A stretch of 64,000 nucleotides of DNA from Caulobacter sp. (GCA_028291265.1 JAQGIK010000064.1:6082-70081), one strand, 5' to 3'. Positions 50,352-59,821 are shown, counted from the stretch's first letter. Notes: generated by a model not told the origin, from the letters alone. Numbers and translations are program-made.

Positions 50352-50678
50352 TCAGAGCATCCGGTCCAGCGAGGCGGAGATGTTCCGCCACTCGGCCGCC
50401 AGGCGCTCCAGCATGATCCGGCCCGCGGCGCTGAGGCGGTAGAACCGCTTCTTGCGCCGGTCTTCCTCGCGCCATTCAGAGTCGAGGAGGCCTTGGGATT
50501 CCAGCCGGCGCAGCAGGGGATAGAGGGTGCTTTCCTCCATCTCCAACCCGTCGCCGGCCAGGGCGACGCGCAGGCTGTAGCCGTATTGCTCGGTCTTCAG
50601 CCGGGCCATCACCGCCAGGATCAGGGACCCCCGGCGCAGCTCCAGCTTCAGGCTTTCAAACAGATCGGTCTCGGACAT
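50352..50678 (-). CDS. PadR-family transcriptional regulator
   Basis: LRRGSL, YGYSL, TLYPLLRRLE, RKKRFYRLS. Confidence 0.95.
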   Translation of the reverse strand: MSETDLFESLKLELRRGSLILAVMARLKTEQYGYSLRVALAGDGLEMEESTLYPLLRRLESQGLLDSEWREEDRRKKRFYRLSAAGRIMLERLAAEWRNISASLDRML

Positions 50679-50697
50679 CGCAGCTTCGCCTTGGCGT

Positions 50698-50748
50698 CAC
50701 ATAGTGTGTGACACACAGTGTATGGCGCATACTGTACGAGGCTGTCAA
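50698..50748 (-). promoter_or_regulatory. Putative PadR promoter with operator array
   Basis: Minus-strand TTGACA (50748-50743), 16 nt, then GCCATACA; overlaps three C(A/G)CA-N3-TGT(G/A) palindromes at 14-bp period (50698, 50712, 50726). Confidence 0.55.
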
Positions 50749-50773
50749 GTGGCCCGAAAGCCACCCCACACTT

Positions 50774-50900
50774 CCGCTCATCCCGGCGAATGCCGGGACC
50801 CGGATTCAGCCTCGCTGTTGGATGATTGGCCTAAGATCGAGTCCGCAACCTGCACAGGCGCGGGCTCCATCTGGGTCCCGGCATTCGCCGGGATGAGCGG
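50774..50900. repeat. REP doublet / MITE-like element: perfect 28-bp inverted arms, 71-bp spacer
   Basis: CCGCTCATCCCGGCGAATGCCGGGACCC ... GGGTCCCGGCATTCGCCGGGATGAGCGG. Confidence 0.88.
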
Positions 50901-50919
50901 TAGAGGAGGGGAGGGGAGC

Positions 50920-51504
50920 CTATCCCTCGATCCGGTAGTGAATGGGCTTGAACGCATAGTTGTTCGACTGCAGCGCCGAACAGGCGGTCAGCGCCACCAC
51001 CAGGTCCATCTCCGCCTCGAGCAGGATGTGGTCGCCCGCCTTGCTCAGCGGCGGCTCGACCTTCAACGCCGAGGTCGCCGGATCGACCGTCACGTTCATG
51101 AAGATGTTGAACGCCGTCGGGATCTGGTCCGGCGTCACGCCATAGGGCGCCAGCGCCTCGGCCAGGTTGCCGAAACAGCCCCGGTGCGGATGCGTGTCGC
51201 CATAGATGATCCGGAAGGTGTCCTTCGAACACGGCGTCAGCAGAAAGTCGTGCCGCCCCACCGTGTCCTCGACGATGCGCAGCATGACGTTGCTGCGGTT
51301 GGAGTAGAGCGGATCGCCGGTCGTCAGGTAGAGCTTGGACGCATAGTCGAGGCTGCGCCCCGAACTGATCGCCTCGGCCACGTCGCCCGCCGCGAACGCC
51401 AGCATGTCCGACACCTGCTCGCCCAGCGGATCGATGACCCGCAGCCGCTGGCCGGCGTTGAGCCGGAAGGCGACGCCGGTGCGCGGTGCAATCTCAATTG
51501 TCAT
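50920..51504 (-). CDS. DUF1989 / urea carboxylase-associated family protein
   Basis: GQRLRVIDPLGEQVSD, HDFLLTPC, HRGCFGNL, FNIFMNV, ALTACSA. Confidence 0.88.
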   Translation of the reverse strand: MTIEIAPRTGVAFRLNAGQRLRVIDPLGEQVSDMLAFAAGDVAEAISSGRSLDYASKLYLTTGDPLYSNRSNVMLRIVEDTVGRHDFLLTPCSKDTFRIIYGDTHPHRGCFGNLAEALAPYGVTPDQIPTAFNIFMNVTVDPATSALKVEPPLSKAGDHILLEAEMDLVVALTACSALQSNNYAFKPIHYRIEG

Positions 51505-52189
51505 TGGCGTTTCCGGAACCGGGCGACTTGAACGGCGGCGTCCAGCGCGGCTCGACCTCGCGGCCGCTGTACTGGCGGGCGGCCGAGGCCTCGCCATGCT
51601 TGGCCAGCATCGGGTTGGGCTCGCCGGCCAGGGCCACGTCGCGCTCGATGATCCTCTCGCGCAGCTTCTCGTAGCGGCCCTCCTCGCGCAGGGTCTCGAA
51701 CTGGGCGTGCGGGTTGAAGACGATCACCGGCCGCTCGAACCGCCGGGCCGGCCGGCTGGCCCCCGGATGCAGGCCGACGATGAAGAAGGCCTCCTCGCCG
51801 AGGCTGAGCGCGAAATGGGGGCTCGTCACATCGTCGCTGACCCTGGGATCGTGCAGGTAGCCGTTGAAGGCGTCCTTGTCGGCCAGCGACTGCAGCCGCG
51901 CCCAGAGAGCGTCCTCGAACTGCGTCTCGCTCATCCGGTCTGGGGCCTGGAAGATCACCGCCAGGCTCTGGAACGGGTGCGGGGCGGCCCGGTAGCGGCC
52001 GGCGAAACGGGTGACGGCGGCGAAGATGTCGAGGTCGTCCCAGGCCGAGCGGATGTCGCGCGCCTCGAGGATCTCCATCTCGGCCCGGGCCAGCGCCGAC
52101 TTGGCGCCGACGCAGGGAAACGACCCATCCTGGATGAAGTCGGCGAATCGTTCGGCCAGGCCCGTCACTGTCTTGCTTGGCTCACCCAC
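51494..52189 (-). CDS. YqcI/YcgG-family heme-dependent enzyme (DcsA/GntA-like N-hydroxylase family)
   Basis: FPCVGAKSA, HFALSLG..FF.VGLHP..SR.ARRF, VFNPH.QFE.LR, ARQYSGR. Confidence 0.82.
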   Translation of the reverse strand: MGEPSKTVTGLAERFADFIQDGSFPCVGAKSALARAEMEILEARDIRSAWDDLDIFAAVTRFAGRYRAAPHPFQSLAVIFQAPDRMSETQFEDALWARLQSLADKDAFNGYLHDPRVSDDVTSPHFALSLGEEAFFIVGLHPGASRPARRFERPVIVFNPHAQFETLREEGRYEKLRERIIERDVALAGEPNPMLAKHGEASAARQYSGREVEPRWTPPFKSPGSGNANDN

Positions 52190-53132
52190 GCCCCACCAAC
52201 CTTTCCAGGGCCCGTCCGAGCCGGGTCATCGAACGGATCTTGTCGACCCAGGAGAGGGCGATAAGCGGCCCAAGATCGGTTTTGTTCACGTCGACGATGT
52301 AGATTCTTCCGTCATGGCGGTCGCGCAGGATGTCGAGCCCGCCCCAGTCGGCCCCCATCCGGGCGTTGAACGCGGCGATCAGCGCCCGTTCGCGCGGGCT
52401 GAACACCTCGGCCGGGTCATGCAGCGTCGCCCGCCGGTTCTGGATGGCGAAGCGACGGCCGGCCGGCTTGACCTTGATCCAGACCAGCACCGGCTCGCCG
52501 CCGGCGCAGGGGGTGCGCAGGTCGCGGCAGGCCCCGTCGTCGCCGGCCGTGTCGACCAGCCTCTGGTAGACGCAGTCCGGCCGGCGCCGACACGGCCCCT
52601 CGACGATGCGGCCGTCATGGACCCCGTTCTTCTCCGACTTCTCGACGATGGGCCCGGCGGTGGTCAGCGGGTCGACGGCCAGCGGATAGCCGAACACCGC
52701 TTCGAACACCGCCGCAACATGGCTCTTGGAGACATCGGCGCAGCCGAAGTTGAGGCCGCGCAAGGGACCCGCGCTCTCCGGGACCCCGACGGTCACGTCG
52801 TCGAAGTAGAAGGCCGCGTCGGCGTCTTCCGGCCGCCTTGCCACATCGATGCCGGCCCACATCGCCGCCGCCCGGATCAGGTACCAGGGCCGCGGCCGCT
52901 CGGGCGCGAACCAGATCGCCGACGGCCGACGCCGCTTCAGCCTGGCGAAAAAGGCCACGGGCCACAGGATCGCCAGCCACACCGCCCAGGATGCGATCTC
53001 GGCCAGCACATCGCCGTTCAAGGACAGCCGGATGCCGGTCTTGCGAATCTCCAGCCGGCCGTCGGTCCAGGCGAAATCCGAGATCCACGACGTGGCGCGC
53101 CCGTCCGTCGGAGCATCGAGGTGAGCGACCAT
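52182..53132 (-). CDS. Hypothetical ATP-grasp-like protein with one N-terminal TM segment
   Basis: VEKSEKNGVHDG, VYQRLVD, GGLDILRD..DGRIYIVDVN resemble RimK-type ATP-grasp motifs; stop overlaps the next start. Confidence 0.62.
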   Translation of the reverse strand: MVAHLDAPTDGRATSWISDFAWTDGRLEIRKTGIRLSLNGDVLAEIASWAVWLAILWPVAFFARLKRRRPSAIWFAPERPRPWYLIRAAAMWAGIDVARRPEDADAAFYFDDVTVGVPESAGPLRGLNFGCADVSKSHVAAVFEAVFGYPLAVDPLTTAGPIVEKSEKNGVHDGRIVEGPCRRRPDCVYQRLVDTAGDDGACRDLRTPCAGGEPVLVWIKVKPAGRRFAIQNRRATLHDPAEVFSPRERALIAAFNARMGADWGGLDILRDRHDGRIYIVDVNKTDLGPLIALSWVDKIRSMTRLGRALERLVGRG

Positions 53133-53204
53133 GGCAGACCCAATGGCGGAGCCGGACCGAAGTTCCGCCGGCAGGGTGCGCCCGTTAACGACGCCGGGCA
53201 ACTG

Positions 53205-53368
53205 ACCTCCCTCCCGGAATTGGGGAGGGCAGGCGCGCGTTGCGCGCCGGGTGGGGAAGCCGGCCACCGCTCCCAGAGCCACGAACTTTGCAGTGAATAC
53301 CGGTGGGGTTGGCGACCCACTTCCCCACCCGGCCTTCGGCCTGCCCTCCCCAATTCGGGGAGGGAGGT
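53205..53368. repeat. Palindromic REP/MITE-like element (~164 bp)
   Basis: Arms ACCTCCCTCCCGGAATTGGGGAGGGCAGG / CCTGCCCTCCCCAATTCGGGGAGGGAGGT (1 mismatch); inner CCGGGTGGGGAAG / CTTCCCCACCCGG. Confidence 0.85.
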
Positions 53369-53381
53369 TCGTGCTGAACCC

Positions 53382-55190
53382 CTAACTCAGCGACAGCCCC
53401 GCCAGCTCGCCGTCCTTACGCCACTCCTCGATCAGCGCGATGAACGCCATCGAGCCCTTGCCGTACGGCCCGTTGCGGGCCGCCATGGCGCTCGGCTGGC
53501 CCTCGTTGTTGTAGTAGCCGGGCGTGCATTCCTCGGCGAACTTCTGGCGCTGGATGGCGCTGTCGATCACCTCCTGCACCCAGGCCGCCTCGGCCGCGGG
53601 CGTCGCCTCGACCACCGTCGCCTGCCGGGCCGTCGCTTCGCTGATGATGTAGGCGGCGTGCTTGGACTGCTCGTTCAGCATGTGCGGGTAGTTGGCCGTG
53701 AACCCCGACTGGCTGTTGGCGAAGATGTAGCAGTTGGGGAAACCCACCGAATGCATGCCGTGCAGGGTCGAGACCCCGTTCGCCCACCGCTGGCTCAGGG
53801 TCACGCCGTCCCGCCCGGTGATCTCGTAACCGGCCCGCCGCGCGTACGACGTCCCGACCTCGAACCCGGTGCCATAGATCAGGCAGTCGAGTTCGTACTC
53901 GACGCCGTTCACCACCACGCCCTTCTCGGTGATCCGGTCCACTCCCTGGCCGTCGGTGTCGATCAGATGGACGTTCGGCCGGTTGAAGGCGTCCAGGTAG
54001 TCGTCGTGGAAGCAGGGTCGCTTGCAGAACTGGTTGTACCAGGGCTTCAGCGCCTCGGCCTTCTGCCGGTCGGCCACCACCTGGTCGACCCGCGCCCGGA
54101 TCGATTCCATCTTCTGGAAGTCGGCCAGCTGCAGCAGCTCCATCGGATCGCCGGGACCCAGCTCCCCCTTGGCCGCCCGCCGCGCCGCGGCCAGGCCCAG
54201 GTTGCGGATGATGTCGGTCCAGCCGTCGTTGACCAGGTCCTCCTTCTGCCAGCCGCCGCTGACCAGGACGTTGAAATTGTCCATCCGCTTCTGCTGCCAG
54301 CCGGACTCCAGGCTTTCCGCCCATTCCGGATCGGTCGGCCTGTTGTTGCGCACGTCGATGGAGGAGGGGGTGCGCTGGAAGACGAACAGCTCCTTGGCAT
54401 GCGCCCCCAGGTGCGGCACGCACTGCACGGATGTCGCCCCGGTGCCGATGATGCCGACCCGCTTGTCGGCCAGGCCGGTCAGGCCGCCCATCGGGTCGCC
54501 GCCGGTGTAGTCGTAGTCCCAGCGGCTGGTGTGGAAGGTGTGGCCCTTGAAGCTGTCGACGCCCGGAATGCCCGGCAGTTTGGGCCGATGCAGCGGCCCG
54601 TTGGCCATGATCACATGGCGGGCGCGGATGGCCTCGTCCCGGTTGGTGCGGATGATCCAGCGGCCCGCCGCCTCGTCCCAGGTCATGTCCTTGACCTCGG
54701 TCTGGAACAGCGCCCCCTCGTAGAGGCCGAAGTGCCGGCCGATGCGCTTGCAGTAGTCGAGGATCTCCGGGGCCCGCGTGTACTTCTCGACCGGCATGTA
54801 GCCGACCTCTTCCAGCAGCGGCAGGTAGACATAGCTCTCGATATCGCAGGCCGCGCCGGGATAGCGGTTCCAGTACCAGGTGCCGCCGAAGTCGCCGCCC
54901 TTCTCGATCAGCCGCAGGTCGGTGATCCCGGCTTCACGCAGCCGCGCCCCGGCCAGCAGGCCGCCGAAACCGCCGCCGATGACCACCACCTCGACCTCGT
55001 CGGTGATCGGATCGCGCGTGAACCCCGGCTCGACATAGGGGTCTTCGAGATAGCGGCTGTAGTCGCCGGTCATCTCGACATACTGCTGGTTGCCGTCGGT
55101 CCGCAGGCGCTTGTCGCGCTCGGCGCGGTACTTGGCCCGCAGGGCGACGGGGTCGATGTCCTGGACGATTGCTTCGGCGGAGTCGGCCAT
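53382..55190 (-). CDS. Type I Baeyer-Villiger monooxygenase
   Basis: [28 protein letters not shown] fingerprint, GTGAT. Confidence 0.94.
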   Translation of the reverse strand: MADSAEAIVQDIDPVALRAKYRAERDKRLRTDGNQQYVEMTGDYSRYLEDPYVEPGFTRDPITDEVEVVVIGGGFGGLLAGARLREAGITDLRLIEKGGDFGGTWYWNRYPGAACDIESYVYLPLLEEVGYMPVEKYTRAPEILDYCKRIGRHFGLYEGALFQTEVKDMTWDEAAGRWIIRTNRDEAIRARHVIMANGPLHRPKLPGIPGVDSFKGHTFHTSRWDYDYTGGDPMGGLTGLADKRVGIIGTGATSVQCVPHLGAHAKELFVFQRTPSSIDVRNNRPTDPEWAESLESGWQQKRMDNFNVLVSGGWQKEDLVNDGWTDIIRNLGLAAARRAAKGELGPGDPMELLQLADFQKMESIRARVDQVVADRQKAEALKPWYNQFCKRPCFHDDYLDAFNRPNVHLIDTDGQGVDRITEKGVVVNGVEYELDCLIYGTGFEVGTSYARRAGYEITGRDGVTLSQRWANGVSTLHGMHSVGFPNCYIFANSQSGFTANYPHMLNEQSKHAAYIISEATARQATVVEATPAAEAAWVQEVIDSAIQRQKFAEECTPGYYNNEGQPSAMAARNGPYGKGSMAFIALIEEWRKDGELAGLSLS

Positions 55191-55270
55191 CGGGGGAGGT
55201 TCCTGGTCGTTTCGCTAGAGTGTCGGTGTCTGACGCAGGGTCAGGTCAAGGGATCAGTCCGTCTTGCTTG

Positions 55271-56137
55271 TCAGGAGGTCTGGGCCAGCTCGGCGGCCCC
55301 GGCCCACAGCTTTTCCCGCTCCTTCAGGCGCCGCGCCTGTTCCTCGGGGTCCCAGCTGGAGCGCGGGCCGACCAGCATGCCCCCGTCGACGAGGATGTGG
55401 GTGCCGGTCACGAAGCTGCTGGCCGGGCTGGCCAGGTAGAGGGCCGCCTGGGCGATGTCGTCGGCCTCGCCGGGCCGCTGGACCGGCTGGGCCGCATGCG
55501 CCATGCCGCGCATGGTCAGCTGCACCGCCGACTTGATCTGGCTGGGGATGTCGCCCGGGGTGAAGATGTTGGTCAGGATGAAGCCCGGGCAGATGGCGTT
55601 GACCCGGATGTTGTATCTGGAGAGCTCGGCCGCCGCGCATTTGCTGAGGTGCAGCACCCCGGCCTTGGCCGCCGAATAGGCGATCGGCCCCATGCCGGCC
55701 TGCAGGGCCGCGATGCTGGCGGTGTTGACGATGGCCCCGCCGCCGCGCGCCTTCATGTGCGGAATGGCGTAGCGCATGCCCAGGGCCACCGAGCGCAGCA
55801 GCAGGTTCTGGCTGACGTCCCACAGCTCGCCGGTCATCTCCTCGAGCGGCGTCGGCGAGCCGCCGGCCCCGGCGTTGTTGAACAGGATGTCGAGGCCGCC
55901 GAAGGTCTGCGACGCGACCTCCAGGGTGACGGCGATGTCGTCCTCGCTCATCACGTCGCACTTGTGGAAGACGACCTGGCCCGGATGCGCCGCCTCCAGC
56001 GCGCGGCCGGCCTCGACGTCGATATCGGCCGCCAGCACCCTGGCGCCGGCCTCGGCGAAGCGTTCGACGCTGGCCTTGCCGATGCCCGACGCCGCGCCGG
56101 TGATCACCGCGACCTTGCCGTCCAGACTGGTGGTCAT
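55271..56137 (-). CDS. Short-chain dehydrogenase/reductase
   Basis: TGAASGIG, NNAG, YSAAK. Confidence 0.93.
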   Translation of the reverse strand: MTTSLDGKVAVITGAASGIGKASVERFAEAGARVLAADIDVEAGRALEAAHPGQVVFHKCDVMSEDDIAVTLEVASQTFGGLDILFNNAGAGGSPTPLEEMTGELWDVSQNLLLRSVALGMRYAIPHMKARGGGAIVNTASIAALQAGMGPIAYSAAKAGVLHLSKCAAAELSRYNIRVNAICPGFILTNIFTPGDIPSQIKSAVQLTMRGMAHAAQPVQRPGEADDIAQAALYLASPASSFVTGTHILVDGGMLVGPRSSWDPEEQARRLKEREKLWAGAAELAQTS

Positions 56138-56255
56138 ATGTCGTCGCTCCCTGATCGCTGATAATACAGCGCCCGCCGAAACCGACAAACCCGAAATTCA
56201 AAAAATCGAAAATGTCGCGGCTATGGGGCGCTGTTGGCCGTTCCCCGCGTAGGAA

Positions 56256-57503
56256 TTAGCGGCTGAGCAGGCCCGTCAACGCCGGCCGGGCATAGATGTC
56301 GGTGACCTTTTCGGGGGTCAGGCCGTCGGTCCAGGCGATCAGGTCGGCGGCGGCGTTGACCGCGGCGCTGACCATCTGGGCGGCCAGGAAGGGGTCGACC
56401 GCGCGGATCGAGCCGTCGGCCGCCCCGTCGGCGATCATCGAGGCGAACCGCTGGCTGACCCGTTCGGCCCGCCAGACGGCGCTGGCCCGCATGCCTTCCG
56501 GCAATGCCTGCAAGGCCGAGAACCGCAACAGCAACCCGTCGGGCTCGGCCTGCCGCGAGACCAGCGAGGCGACCGAACTCGACAGCGCCTGCCACTGGTC
56601 GCTGGCCCCCGCCAGGGCCGCTTCCTGGGTGGCGCGGATCACCTCGAAGGTGCGGTCGAAGCAGGCGACCACGATGTCGTCCTTGGCTTCCATGTGATGG
56701 TAGAAGCTGCCCTTGGTCAGGTTCAGCCGTCCGGTGATGGCGCTGACCGAGGCCCCGCGATAGCTGCGCTCGTTGATCAGCGGCGTGGCCGCCCGCAGGA
56801 AGGTTTCGGTCGCCGCGTCGCCCCCCCCGACGTCGATGGGGCGCGGCGCGATGGCCAGCGGCGTCGGCGCGAAGGTCCGCCCCGCCCCCGCCAGTCCCTT
56901 GCAGAGGATGTCGAACATCCGCGCCCGCAGGCGGGGGAAGTCCTCGACGTCGTAGCGCGACAGCCAGGCCGACGACCAGTAGAGCTGCTCCAGCAGCATA
57001 TGGGCCCGGGCCGCCCGGGCCAACCGGTCGAGGTGGAAATAGCCCGGCGCCGCGAACAGCGCCTGCACCTTGTCGAACAGGGCGCGATAGGCCTCGGCCA
57101 CCGGGGCCCGGTGCTCGTCGCTGAGCGCCCGCACGTCACTGAGGATGGTCAGAGGCGGCTCGGCCTTGGCGCGCACCCGCGTCTGCAAGGCCAGATGCTC
57201 GTCCAGCAGGGCCCCGATCCGCCCGGCCAGTTCCGGCTCGGCGCCGGCCGCTTCGACCATCGCTTCCAGCCGCCGCAGCCCGTGCAGGAAACAGTCGACC
57301 GCCAGCAGCTCCTTGCGCCGGTAATAGTAGGTGACGCTGGTCGTCGTCAGGTCGACCCGGGCCGCCACGTCGGCCAGGGTCATCCCCTTGAGGCCCTCCT
57401 TGTTGAGCACCTCGATGGCGGCCGCCAGCACCGCCTCCTTGCGCTTCTCGAAGCGCGCGGTGGCGGGCCGGGGCGGTGTGGCGATGTCGGCGGTTGTGGC
57501 CAT
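56256..57503 (-). CDS. Tandem (double) TetR-family regulator
   Basis: Two HTH motifs: AAIEVLNKEGLKGMTLADVA...VTYYY and AATPLINERSYRGASVSAIT...GSFYHH. Confidence 0.9.
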   Translation of the reverse strand: MATTADIATPPRPATARFEKRKEAVLAAAIEVLNKEGLKGMTLADVAARVDLTTTSVTYYYRRKELLAVDCFLHGLRRLEAMVEAAGAEPELAGRIGALLDEHLALQTRVRAKAEPPLTILSDVRALSDEHRAPVAEAYRALFDKVQALFAAPGYFHLDRLARAARAHMLLEQLYWSSAWLSRYDVEDFPRLRARMFDILCKGLAGAGRTFAPTPLAIAPRPIDVGGGDAATETFLRAATPLINERSYRGASVSAITGRLNLTKGSFYHHMEAKDDIVVACFDRTFEVIRATQEAALAGASDQWQALSSSVASLVSRQAEPDGLLLRFSALQALPEGMRASAVWRAERVSQRFASMIADGAADGSIRAVDPFLAAQMVSAAVNAAADLIAWTDGLTPEKVTDIYARPALTGLLSR

Positions 57504-57576
57504 GCCTGCTGCTTAGACGATCCGCGCGCCGCCGACCATCGGGCCGCCCGTCGCAGCAAGGAGTGGGTTCGCCTCT

Positions 57577-57623
57577 GGTCCCCCTTCTCCCGCGAGGGGA
57601 GAAGGGCGCCCCGAGGCGAACTC
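57577..57623. repeat. Collapsed REP-like hairpin; inverted copy of the terminus of the 59642 element
   Basis: 57585-57623 matches the reverse complement of 59642-59680 at 38 of 39 nt. Confidence 0.85.
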
Positions 57624-57701
57624 TCTCAACCGGATTGGCGTCATTCAACTCCCGGCGCTAAACACGTCCTGTCGGCGCCTGCCGCGCCGGAGGCCCCCCG
57701 C

Positions 57702-59633
57702 ATGAAGTTCCCCTCGATCCTCGGCCTGCTCGCCGTCCTGCTTCTCGGCCTTCCCGCCGCCGCCCAATCCCCGCCTTCAATGGCGCCCGAGCCGCTGCCG
57801 GCCATCTCCCCCGACATCGCGCCGAAGTTCACCGCCCCCACCGACGCCAACGACTACACCAAGCGCGACGTCATGATCCCCATGCGCGACGGGGTGAAGC
57901 TGCACACCGTCATCGTCATCCCCAAGGGCGCGAAAGACGCCCCGATCCTCCTCACCCGTACCCCCTACAACGCCTCCGGCCGCGCCTCGCGCGGCGCCAG
58001 CACCCGCATGCTCGGCATCCTCCCGCAGGGCGACGAGGTGTTCGTCGAGGCCGGCTACATCCGCGTCTTCCAGGACATCCGCGGCAAGTACGGCTCCGAG
58101 GGCGACTACGTCGTCACCCGCCCGATCCGCGGCCCCCTGAACCCGACGCAGGTCGACCATGTCACCGACGCCTGGGACACCATCGACTGGCTGGTCAAGA
58201 ACATCCCCGAGAGCAACGGCCGGGTCGGCATGCTGGGCTCCTCCTACGAGGGCTTCACCGTGGTCATGGCCCTGCTCGACCCGCACCCGGCCCTCAAGGT
58301 CGCAGCCCCGATGAGCGCCATGATCGACGGCTGGCGCGGCGACGACTGGTTCCACAACGGCGCCTTCCGGCAGGTGAACCTCGACTTCTTCGGCAGCCAG
58401 ATGACGGCCCGGGGCAAGGGCGAGGAGTTCGCCCGGCCGGGCTACGACGACTACGAGACCTTCCGCCGCGCCGGCTCGGTCGGCGCCTATGGCAGGACCG
58501 TCGGCCTCGACCAGATCCCCTACTATCAAAAGCTCACCCAGCACCCGGCCTACGACGAGTTCTGGAGCGGCCAGGCCCTCGACGAGACCCTGAAGACCCG
58601 CCCCCTCAAGACGCCCACCATGTGGATTGGAAGTCTCTGGGACCAGGAGGACAGCTACGGCGCCATCCACGCCTACCGCGCCTGGGAATCGAAGGATGTT
58701 GGCAACACCCTCAACTACCTGGCGCTCGGCCCCTGGCGTCACAGCCAGGTCAACTACGACGGCTCCGGGCTCGGCGTCTTCAAGTGGGACGGCGACACCG
58801 CCCTGCAGTTCCGCCGCGATGTCCTGCGGCCCTTCTTCGACCAGTACCTGAAGACGGACGGCAGGAAGGCCGACACCCCGCCGGTGCTGATCTACGACAC
58901 CGGCGCCAACCGCTGGGACCGCCTGCAGAGCTTCCCCGGCGCCTGCGAAGGCTGCGCCACCGCCGGCAGGCCGATCTACCTGACCGGCGGTTTCGGCCTG
59001 TCCTTCGACAAGCCCGCGGGCAAGGGTTTCGACGACTACGTCTCCGACCCGGCCAAGCCGGTGCCCTACCTGCCGCGCCCGGTTCGCTTCGCCAACGGCG
59101 ACGCCTGGCGCACCTGGCTGGTCGCCGACCAGCGCTTCGTCGCCGACCGCCCCGACGTCCTGGTCTATGTTTCCGAGCCCCTGACCGCGCCGCTGAAGAT
59201 CAGCGGCATCCCGACCGTCAACCTGTTCGCCTCGACCAGCGGCACCGACAGCGACTGGGTGGTCAAGCTGATCGACGTCTACCCCGACGAAGTCCCGTCA
59301 CAGCCGGAACTGGGCGGCTACCAGCTCGGCATCGGCATCGACATCTTCCGCGGCCGCTACCGCGACAGCCTGAGCAAACCCACCGCCGTCCCGGCCAACA
59401 AGGTCCAACGCTACCGCTTCGACCTCCCCCCGGCCAACCACGTCTTCAAGCCCGGCCACCGCATCATGGTCCAGGTCCAGTCGAGCCTCTTCCCCCTCTA
59501 CGACCGCAACCCCCAGACCTTCGTCGACAACATCTTCTTCGCGAAACCCGAGGACTACAAAAAGGCCACGCAGCGGGTGTTCCGGGCCGGCTCCGACGCC
59601 AGCTTCATCACCCTGCCGGTGGTGGAGAACTGA
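57702..59633 (+). CDS. CocE/NonD-family serine hydrolase (alpha-amino acid ester hydrolase-like)
   Basis: Signal peptide; IPMRDGVKLHT, RTPY, QDIRGKYGSEG, GSSYEG, GPWRH. Confidence 0.93.
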   Translation: MKFPSILGLLAVLLLGLPAAAQSPPSMAPEPLPAISPDIAPKFTAPTDANDYTKRDVMIPMRDGVKLHTVIVIPKGAKDAPILLTRTPYNASGRASRGASTRMLGILPQGDEVFVEAGYIRVFQDIRGKYGSEGDYVVTRPIRGPLNPTQVDHVTDAWDTIDWLVKNIPESNGRVGMLGSSYEGFTVVMALLDPHPALKVAAPMSAMIDGWRGDDWFHNGAFRQVNLDFFGSQMTARGKGEEFARPGYDDYETFRRAGSVGAYGRTVGLDQIPYYQKLTQHPAYDEFWSGQALDETLKTRPLKTPTMWIGSLWDQEDSYGAIHAYRAWESKDVGNTLNYLALGPWRHSQVNYDGSGLGVFKWDGDTALQFRRDVLRPFFDQYLKTDGRKADTPPVLIYDTGANRWDRLQSFPGACEGCATAGRPIYLTGGFGLSFDKPAGKGFDDYVSDPAKPVPYLPRPVRFANGDAWRTWLVADQRFVADRPDVLVYVSEPLTAPLKISGIPTVNLFASTSGTDSDWVVKLIDVYPDEVPSQPELGGYQLGIGIDIFRGRYRDSLSKPTAVPANKVQRYRFDLPPANHVFKPGHRIMVQVQSSLFPLYDRNPQTFVDNIFFAKPEDYKKATQRVFRAGSDASFITLPVVEN

Positions 59634-59641
59634 CGAGCGGT

Positions 59642-59821
59642 GAGTTCGCCTCGGGGCGCCCTTCTCCCCTTGCGGGAGAAAGTGGCGCGAAGCGCCGGAT
59701 GAGGGGTCGATAGGTCTTCAAGCCGCGATGAGGCGGTAGCGACAGGCCGTGTCGTCGGCCGGCGCGCCCCCTCATCCGTCGCCTTCGGCGCCACCTTCTC
59801 CCGCAAGGGGAGAAGGGACCC
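59642..59821. repeat. Palindromic REP/MITE-like element (~180 bp)
   Basis: CCCTTCTCCCCTTGCGGGAGAAAGTGGCG ... CGCCACCTTCTCCCGCAAGGGGAGAAGGG; inner CGGATGAGGGG / CCCCTCATCCG. Confidence 0.88.

Noticed and set aside
52011-55439. 1142-aa plus-strand ORF, plus the long upstream extensions of the ORFs at 30549, 56694 and 60227
   Set aside because: Antisense shadows of well-supported genes; the true starts are given in features.
46532-59821. Palindromic repeats as CRISPR array or IS ends
   Set aside because: No regularly spaced direct repeats with unique spacers, no cas genes, no transposase and no clear target-site duplications.
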